In this document: piece after piece, positions 57,295-64,000 of the stretch
Layout of the letters: every line of letters begins with the position of its first letter
Numbering within the stretch: position 1 is the first letter of the stretch
Assembly: GCA_963711565.1 (NCBI GenBank)
Contig: CAVQEQ010000004.1
Span: 1,408,001 to 1,472,000 of the forward strand
Direction: 5' to 3'
Origin: an uncultured delta proteobacterium
GTDB taxonomy: Bacteria; Desulfobacterota; Binatia; Binatales; Binataceae
DNA: 64,000 nt
Translations under genes and position numbers: made by a program
Notes under the pieces: model-generated
What the model saw: the letters and a program-made list of their open reading frames with translations, nothing else
Told to the model about the DNA's origin: nothing
Database searches by the model: none

Positions 57295-59871
57295 GTGGCA
57301 GTCAAGCAAACACCCCTCATCGCGCAGTACCTGAGCGTCAAGCAACGCGTCCCCGACGCGATCCTGTTTTTCCGCCTCGGCGACTTCTACGAGATGTTCT
57401 TCGAGGACGCCGAAGTCGGCGCGCGCGTGCTCGATATCCAGCTAACCTCGCGCAACAAGGACGGCGTGCCGCTGTGCGGCGTGCCCTACCATTCCGCCGA
57501 ACCCTACATCGCCAAGCTGCTGAAGGCGGGCCACAAGGTCGCCATCTGCGAGCAAGGCACACCGGACCCGAAAACGCCGAAGCTGATGCCTCGGCAAATC
57601 GTACGCGTGATCACGCCCGGCACGGTCGGCGAAGAGATGGTGCTGACCGCCGCCGAGAAGAGCTACCTGGTCGCAGTCACGGGCGCCGAGGGATCCGGAT
57701 TCACGCTGGCCGCGCTCGACGTATCGACGGGCGAGTTTCTCGCCACGCAGGTTCGCGAGGCCGCCACGCTGTGCGAGGAAATCGCGCGAATCGCGCCGCG
57801 CGAAATCATAGCCGCCGCGGAGGATGGCGCATTGAGCGCGCTGCTCAAGGATCTGAACTGTCCATTGACGACGCTCGATCACGAAAGATTCAACCCCGAG
57901 CGCGCGGCCGCCGCATTCGCAAATCATTTCGCGGAGGCTGCCGGTGAGTTCGACCAATCGATCACGCACACGGCGGGAATCGCGCTGCTCTATGTCGAAG
58001 ACACCTTCGGCCACGACCTCGCGCATATCGCGGCGCCGCGTCTCTACCGCATCGCCGAGTACATGCTGGTGGACGAGACCACGCGGCGTCATCTCGAGCT
58101 GATCGCCTCGACTGACGGCGCGCGCAAGGGCTCGCTGCTGTCGATTCTCGACGAAACGCTGACCGCCGTCGGCGCGCGCACGCTCGCCAACTGGATCACC
58201 TATCCTCTGCTCGCGCTCGATGCGATTCGCGCCCGCCACGATGCGGTCGAAGAACTCTTCGACGCTGATCTGGGCGGCACGCTGGCGGAATCGTTGAAGC
58301 GAATCGGCGACCTCGAGCGGCTGGCCGGACGAATCGGCGCGATGCGTGCGTCGCCGCGCGATTGCATCCGCCTGGGCGACGCGCTCGGCGCAACGGATTC
58401 GCTCAAGCAAGCGATGGGTGCGCTCAAGAGTCCGCTTATCCGCGAGCAGGCCGCGCGAATCTCGCCGATGCCCGCGCTGGTCGCGCAAATTGGAGCGACG
58501 CTGTCCGATGAGCCGCCCGTGAATCCGCGCGATGGCAACGTGATTCGCGCCGGTCTCAGCGCCGAGGTCGATGAATTGCGCAGCCTCGCGTCCGGCGCGC
58601 GCGGCGTGATAGCGAAGTTGGAAGCGACCGAGCGCGAGCGCACCGCTATCCCGTCACTCAAGGTCCGCTACAACAATATCTTCGGCTACTACATCGAGGT
58701 GACGAAGCCGAATCTCGAGCGCGTACCGGCCGACTATGAGCGCAAGCAAACGCTGGTCAGCGCCGAGCGCTTCACCACGCCCGCGCTCAAGGAACTCGAG
58801 CGCAAAATCCTGACGGCGGAGTCGGCGCTCAAGGAACTCGAACTTCAGATCTTCACCAAGCTGCTGCGCGACTTGCAGTCGCACGCCGCGACGATCCTCG
58901 AAACCGCTCGCGCCGTGGGCGAATTCGACGCAGTGATGTCGATGGCGAAGGTCGCCCGGCATCGCGGCTACGTGCGCCCGAAGATCAATACCGGCCTGCG
59001 AATTCGCGTGCGCGACGGACGCCATCCGGTGCTCGAAGCCGGGATGCGCGCGGGCGAGTTCGTGCCCAACGACCTCGATGCCGAGCCCGACACGCGCCAA
59101 ATCCTGCTGATCACCGGCCCCAACATGGCCGGCAAATCGACCTACCTGCGCCAGGTCGCCCTGATCGCGATCATGGCGCAAATCGGAAGCTTCGTTCCCG
59201 CCGCCGAGGCGACCATCGGGCTGATCGATCGCGTGCTGACGCGAATCGGCGCGCGCGACGAACTTCGCCGCGGCGAATCCACCTTCATGGTCGAGATGAG
59301 CGAGACCGCGCGCCTGCTCAGGGGACTCTCAGAGCGCAGCCTGTTGCTGCTCGACGAGGTCGGGCGCGGCACCAGCACCTTCGACGGGCTCGCGATCGCA
59401 TGGGCGGTGGCAGAGTACCTGCACGATCAGACGCGCGCCAAGGTTCTGTTCGCGACGCACTTCCACGAGCTGACCGACCTCGCGCGCGAGCGCCCGCGCG
59501 TCAAGAATTTGAGCATGGCGGTTCGCGAATGGGGTGATGAGGTGATTTTTCTGCGCCGCGTAATCGAGCAGCCGTCGTCGCGCAGCTACGGTATCGAGGT
59601 GGCGCGCCTGGCGGGCTTGCCCGATTCGATAATCACCCGCGCGCGCGAAATTCTCGCCAACCTCGAGCAGGGCGAACTCGACGAAGCCGGGATGCCGCGA
59701 ATCGCCCGCGACCGCCGCTCCAAAACCCCCGCGCCACAACTCGGCCTGTTCTCGCCGAAGGACGAGCGCGTCATCGACGAGTTGCGCGCGCTCGACATCG
59801 AGCGCATGACCCCGATGGACGCCTTAAACGCCCTGGCCCGCCTGGCCGCCCACTTGAAGAAGGAAAATTAA
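57295..59871 (+). CDS. mutS: DNA mismatch repair protein MutS
   Basis: FRLGDFYEMFFEDA, CGVPYH, TGPNMAGKSTY, STFMVEM, DEVGRGTST, FATHFHEL and SYGIEVA motifs. Confidence 0.97.
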   Translation: MAVKQTPLIAQYLSVKQRVPDAILFFRLGDFYEMFFEDAEVGARVLDIQLTSRNKDGVPLCGVPYHSAEPYIAKLLKAGHKVAICEQGTPDPKTPKLMPRQIVRVITPGTVGEEMVLTAAEKSYLVAVTGAEGSGFTLAALDVSTGEFLATQVREAATLCEEIARIAPREIIAAAEDGALSALLKDLNCPLTTLDHERFNPERAAAAFANHFAEAAGEFDQSITHTAGIALLYVEDTFGHDLAHIAAPRLYRIAEYMLVDETTRRHLELIASTDGARKGSLLSILDETLTAVGARTLANWITYPLLALDAIRARHDAVEELFDADLGGTLAESLKRIGDLERLAGRIGAMRASPRDCIRLGDALGATDSLKQAMGALKSPLIREQAARISPMPALVAQIGATLSDEPPVNPRDGNVIRAGLSAEVDELRSLASGARGVIAKLEATERERTAIPSLKVRYNNIFGYYIEVTKPNLERVPADYERKQTLVSAERFTTPALKELERKILTAESALKELELQIFTKLLRDLQSHAATILETARAVGEFDAVMSMAKVARHRGYVRPKINTGLRIRVRDGRHPVLEAGMRAGEFVPNDLDAEPDTRQILLITGPNMAGKSTYLRQVALIAIMAQIGSFVPAAEATIGLIDRVLTRIGARDELRRGESTFMVEMSETARLLRGLSERSLLLLDEVGRGTSTFDGLAIAWAVAEYLHDQTRAKVLFATHFHELTDLARERPRVKNLSMAVREWGDEVIFLRRVIEQPSSRSYGIEVARLAGLPDSIITRAREILANLEQGELDEAGMPRIARDRRSKTPAPQLGLFSPKDERVIDELRALDIERMTPMDALNALARLAAHLKKEN

Positions 59872-59919
59872 GCGGGATGTTCCGCGTCTTTAAGTAAGAG
59901 AATCGCCTCCGCGGCGGGC

Positions 59920-59944
59920 GGCAGGGGTGACCCCTGCACTCAGT
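59920..59944. repeat. Short palindromic repeat GGCAGGGGTGACCCCTGCAC(C/T)CAGT, copy 2
   Basis: 24/25 identical to 33204-33228; intergenic, after mutS. Confidence 0.75.
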
Positions 59945-60014
59945 GCGAAGCGCAAAGTTGCGCGCGGCGCACTATTTTGCTCTCAGGCGCTGACGATGAA
60001 AAAGATGCGTTCGC

Positions 60015-61361
60015 GTGGCTGGCCCCGCCCGCGCGGGGCGTGGCGATCACCTCAATCGGCCGCTATCCTTGGATGCTGTGGGTAGGGTTGCGGTGATGCG
60101 GAGATTGATGGTGCCTGCGGTCGCGACGGCGACGATTTGCACGATGGTTGCGCTCGCGCGCGCCAGTGTTCCCGCGTCAGTTTTGACCTCGGCGCGAATC
60201 GAGCATCGCGGGCCGACTCTCGAACTCCATTTTGGATTTGGCGGATCGGTTCCGCGATTCGATCTCAGCACGCATGGGGTCGAACTCTGGATTGCGCTTC
60301 CGCGCACGCAGGTCGCAATCCCACCGCGTCCGCTGTTCGGTTATGAGACGGCGCCGATCCTGAGTGTCCGCGCGATTCAATCGGACAGTGGCTCGCGAAT
60401 CGTCGTCGAGGTGATTGGCAAGGCCGACTACGCGATCGCGCGGCTCCGCGACAGAAACGAAATCGTATTGAGGGTCGCATCGTCCGGCGCGGATCCAGAT
60501 ATCGCTGCTCCGATTATTGTGCACAACGACATTCCTCGGCGCTCTGCCCCACCCGTCGCACGACCGGTCGCGTTCGCGCCGTCCGAGAATCCGCATCCGG
60601 TTTCGCTGGCGCGGCCAATCCCGCCCGCACCCGTTGCCTTGAATGAGGACAATCGGCAGCCGGGTCATTTTCTCGTGATGATCGATCCCGGTCACGGCGG
60701 CTACGACCCCGGCACCCAATCGTCCGCCGGCGCGATGGAGAAGGATCTCGCCCTGCAGATTGCGACGCGGCTCAGGACCGCTCTGGAAGCCCACGGCATC
60801 CGCGCGGAACTCACGCGCTCGACCGACGTCTTCATCAGCCTCGCCGAGCGCACCCGCATCGCGAATAGCGCCGGCGCCGATCTGTTCGTTTCGATCCATC
60901 TGAATTCGAGTCCGAACCCCGATACCACCGGAATCGAAGTTTATTACCTGAACAACACCACCGACCGCGCAACGATTCGGCTGGCGCGAATGGAGAACGC
61001 CGGCGCCGACGGCTATGGCGCGCCGGACGCCTCCAACTTAAACTACATTCTCACCGACTTGCGTCAGAACTATAAGGCGTCGGAAGCTGCTTCTCTGGCT
61101 CGGATGATCGACGCGCAGACGGTCGCCGATCTCGATGCCGGACTGGGACTGAACGTGAACGCGCTGGGAGCGAAGATGGGACCATTTTACGTGCTGGTCG
61201 GCGCGCATATGCCGGCCGTGCTGGTCGAATGCGGCTTCATGTCGAACGCCGCCGAAGCCGCGCGGCTCGCGTCGCCGCAATACCAGGACGTGCTCGCCCG
61301 CGCGATTGCCACCTCAGTCGCGGACTACTTTGACGCCGATGTCGCGGCAGGAGATCTGTGA
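60015..61361 (+). CDS. N-acetylmuramoyl-L-alanine amidase (Amidase_3, AmiC-like); start uncertain, probably ATG 60096
   Basis: IDPGHGG.DPG, EKD..L, L.ERT..AN, FVSIHLNS and PAVLVECGFMSN motifs; signal peptide after MRRLMV. Confidence 0.9.
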   Translation: MAGPARAGRGDHLNRPLSLDAVGRVAVMRRLMVPAVATATICTMVALARASVPASVLTSARIEHRGPTLELHFGFGGSVPRFDLSTHGVELWIALPRTQVAIPPRPLFGYETAPILSVRAIQSDSGSRIVVEVIGKADYAIARLRDRNEIVLRVASSGADPDIAAPIIVHNDIPRRSAPPVARPVAFAPSENPHPVSLARPIPPAPVALNEDNRQPGHFLVMIDPGHGGYDPGTQSSAGAMEKDLALQIATRLRTALEAHGIRAELTRSTDVFISLAERTRIANSAGADLFVSIHLNSSPNPDTTGIEVYYLNNTTDRATIRLARMENAGADGYGAPDASNLNYILTDLRQNYKASEAASLARMIDAQTVADLDAGLGLNVNALGAKMGPFYVLVGAHMPAVLVECGFMSNAAEAARLASPQYQDVLARAIATSVADYFDADVAAGDL

Positions 61362-64000
61362 GCCTCGACTCGGGCGCGAATCGCGCCGAGCCTGTCGCAT
61401 CTGCTGTATCTTCGCCACGCGGGCAGGACGCGCTACTCGCGCAATTCGTCGCGAGCAAGACTCCCGGCGCAAACGCCCGCGCCTATCTCCAATCTGTGCG
61501 CGCCGAGCTGGCCGAGCGCCATTTCGCCGGCGCGAGCGGGAGCGAGATCACGGCTGCGATGACGGCAGCGATGGACGATCTGCTGCGTGCGCTCTTTCAC
61601 TATGCGGACGCCGAACACAACCAGCGCGCGCCCAAGCTCAATCAGAAAATTTCAGTGGTCGCGCGCGGCGGGTACGGACGCGGCGAGCTGAATCCGCAAT
61701 CCGACGTCGATCTGCTGTTCCTGCACGACTACAAGCGCGGCCCGTACGCGGAAATCGTCACCGAAATAATGCTGCACGCGCTGTGGGACGCGGGCCTCAT
61801 CGTCGGACACGGCGTACGCACGGCCAAAGAATGTGTGCGGCTGGCCAACGAGGACCTGAAGGAGAAAACCGCGATCCTCGATGCGCGCTTTCTGTGCGGC
61901 GACGAAAAGCTCTACGCCGACCTCGACAAGCTGCTCATCGCCGAGGTCCTCAATCGCAACCAGGACAAGTTCTTCGCCATCAAGCTCGAGGAAAGCCGCA
62001 AACGCCACGCCCAGTACGGCGATTCCATCTACCTGCTCGAACCTCAAATCAAGGAAGGCGAAGGCGGCCTGCGCGATCTTCACACCGCGATGTGGCTGGC
62101 CAAGGTCAAATACAAGGTCCACTCGCTCGAAGAGCTGGTGCAGAAGGCCGTCATCACGGAGCCCGAAGCGGCCGAGGTGATCGAGGCGCGCGACTTTCTC
62201 TGGCGCGTGCGCAACTCTCTGCACTTTTTGACCGGACGTCATTTCGATCAGCTAACTTTCGAGCTGCAGGAACGGATCGAACCGATATTCCGCCTCAAGC
62301 CCGAGGAGGGACAGGCCGCCGGTTCCGCCCTGATGCGCGCGTATTACATGCACGCGTCGACGATCCATCGCTTTGCCGAAGGCTTGATCGCGCGCGTGAC
62401 TGAAAACACTTCCGGCGGGCGATTTTTCCGCCGCACCCCAACCCGCAAGATTCGTCCCGGAGTGATCGTGCAGGGCAATCTGCTGAGCATCGCCGAGCCC
62501 GACTTTTTCAAGCGCGATCCGCTCAACTTGATCACGATTTACGCCGACTGCCAGGCGCAGGACGTCAGCCTCTCCGGCAGCGCCTACCAGTTGGTGCGCG
62601 ACAATCTTGGATTGATCGACGACGACATGCGCCGGGACCCGCGCGTCGCCGGAGCGCTGATGGATATTCTCTCAGCGCGCAATCGCGTCGCCGAAACGCT
62701 CGAGGCGATGCATCTGTCAGGCGTGCTCGGCGCGATTATCCCCGAGTTCGGCAACCTCTACGCGCGCGTTCTGCACGACCTCTACCATATCTACACCGTC
62801 GACCGGCATTCGCTGGTTGCGGTGCGCGAGCTCGAACGGCTGCGCACGGGAGAGTTCAAGGATCCCACTCCGCTGCTCACCGAAGTTGCGCGCGAGCTCC
62901 CTCACCTGCCGCTCGTGTTCCTCGCGTTGCTGCTCCACGATATCGGCAAGGGCCACGGCCACGAACATCACGAGCGCGGTGCCAACCTGACCGCCGAGGT
63001 GTCGCAGCGCCTGGGACTCAACAGTGAGGAAATCGATCTGGTCGTGTTCCTCGTCCGCAACCATCTGATGATGTCGCAGGTCGCGCAGAAGGGCGACCTT
63101 GACGATCAGACCACCGTCGCTGAATTTGCCCGCACCGTCGGCTCGATCGATCGCCTGAAGGCGCTCTACCTGCTCACTTACGCCGACATGCGCGCGGTCG
63201 CGCCGAAGGTCTACAACAACTGGCGCGACATGCTGCTGAGCGATCTATACCTGCGCGCGCTCAAGGTGCTCGAGCAGGGCGATCGCGAGGCCGCCGATCC
63301 CGCGCGCCGGCTCGCGACCGTCAAGGCCGCCGTCCGCGATTTCCTGCTCTTCGCAGCCGCTCCTGAAGCCGAGGTCACCGCGTTTCTCGATGAGATGCCG
63401 GACCGCTACTTCTTCACCGTGCCCGAAGACGATATCCAGCTGCACTTCGACCTAATGCGCACGCTCGACGACCGCCCGCTGGTCTGCCGCACCCGGCATT
63501 TTCCCGAACTCGAATTCAGCGAGTTCATCGTCGTGACGCGCGACCAGCCGGGATTGTTCTCGAAGATCGCGGGCGTGCTGACCGCCAACAATCTCAACAT
63601 CCTGTCGGCTCGAATCACCACGCGCACCAACGGCGTTGCGATGGACGTGTTTCGCGTCTCGCATCAGATGGGCGAGGCCTCGATGGCGCTGGAAGAGGAT
63701 CGCTGGCTCCGCGTCGAGCACGACCTCGAGCGGGTCATCACCGGCCAACAGGACATCGCGGCGCTGGTGGCGTCCGCCCATCACGTGCAAAGCGCCGGCC
63801 GCAAGTTCGTGCGCCACGTACCGACCGAGGTCACAGTCGACAATCGCACCTCAGAGCAGTTCACCGTCATCGACGTGTTCACGCAGGACCGCGTCGGCCT
63901 CCTGTTCGCGATCACCCACACGCTCTTCCGGCTCGGCCTGCGGATTCATCTCGCGCGCATTTCGACCAACGCCGATCAGGCGCTCAACGTCTTTTACGTG
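61358..64000 (+). CDS. glnD: [Protein-PII] uridylyltransferase/uridylyl-removing enzyme (3'-partial; absent from the ORF track)
   Basis: GTGA overlap with the amidase stop; ARGGYGRGELNPQSDVDLLFL, LEPQIKEG.GGLRD, YHIYTVDRH, LLHDIGKG, and ACT domains (DQPGLF, DRVGLL). Confidence 0.95.
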   Translation, partial: MSLDSGANRAEPVASAVSSPRGQDALLAQFVASKTPGANARAYLQSVRAELAERHFAGASGSEITAAMTAAMDDLLRALFHYADAEHNQRAPKLNQKISVVARGGYGRGELNPQSDVDLLFLHDYKRGPYAEIVTEIMLHALWDAGLIVGHGVRTAKECVRLANEDLKEKTAILDARFLCGDEKLYADLDKLLIAEVLNRNQDKFFAIKLEESRKRHAQYGDSIYLLEPQIKEGEGGLRDLHTAMWLAKVKYKVHSLEELVQKAVITEPEAAEVIEARDFLWRVRNSLHFLTGRHFDQLTFELQERIEPIFRLKPEEGQAAGSALMRAYYMHASTIHRFAEGLIARVTENTSGGRFFRRTPTRKIRPGVIVQGNLLSIAEPDFFKRDPLNLITIYADCQAQDVSLSGSAYQLVRDNLGLIDDDMRRDPRVAGALMDILSARNRVAETLEAMHLSGVLGAIIPEFGNLYARVLHDLYHIYTVDRHSLVAVRELERLRTGEFKDPTPLLTEVARELPHLPLVFLALLLHDIGKGHGHEHHERGANLTAEVSQRLGLNSEEIDLVVFLVRNHLMMSQVAQKGDLDDQTTVAEFARTVGSIDRLKALYLLTYADMRAVAPKVYNNWRDMLLSDLYLRALKVLEQGDREAADPARRLATVKAAVRDFLLFAAAPEAEVTAFLDEMPDRYFFTVPEDDIQLHFDLMRTLDDRPLVCRTRHFPELEFSEFIVVTRDQPGLFSKIAGVLTANNLNILSARITTRTNGVAMDVFRVSHQMGEASMALEEDRWLRVEHDLERVITGQQDIAALVASAHHVQSAGRKFVRHVPTEVTVDNRTSEQFTVIDVFTQDRVGLLFAITHTLFRLGLRIHLARISTNADQALNVFYV

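Noticed and set aside
61306-62403. 365-aa ORF listed after the amidase
   Set aside because: Off-frame to glnD, which runs from 61358 past the window end and is missing from the track because it has no stop in the window.

Overview
GC-rich bacterial core-chromosome window; gene content and order resemble a Deltaproteobacteria-related lineage such as Candidatus Binatota, which is inference only. It holds about 55 protein genes: polA with an ECF sigma/anti-sigma module, a Gld-like ABC exporter, lptD-folC, a complete trpEGDCFBA-accD operon, argS-SPOR, recD2, folD divergent from gcvT-gcvPA-gcvPB (no gcvH), mobA, an aldehyde dehydrogenase, mutS, an amidase and a partial glnD. There are also two type II toxin-antitoxin pairs and several families of REP-like palindromes. 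No rRNA, tRNA, CRISPR array, transposase or integrase was seen. Main signals missing from the ORF track: (1) a 26-aa Trp-rich leader peptide (WWRW) with a complete 1:2/2:3/3:4 attenuator upstream of trpE; (2) a diverged, gap-free duplicate of the accD 3' end that brackets a REP-like palindrome and a small secreted 8-Cys protein gene, suggesting gene-tail-replacement integration; (3) four frameshifts in otherwise intact genes, two of them the same CTCGA->CTCGAA change; (4) a stand-alone Nmad3-like gene divergent from a NUDIX hydrolase.
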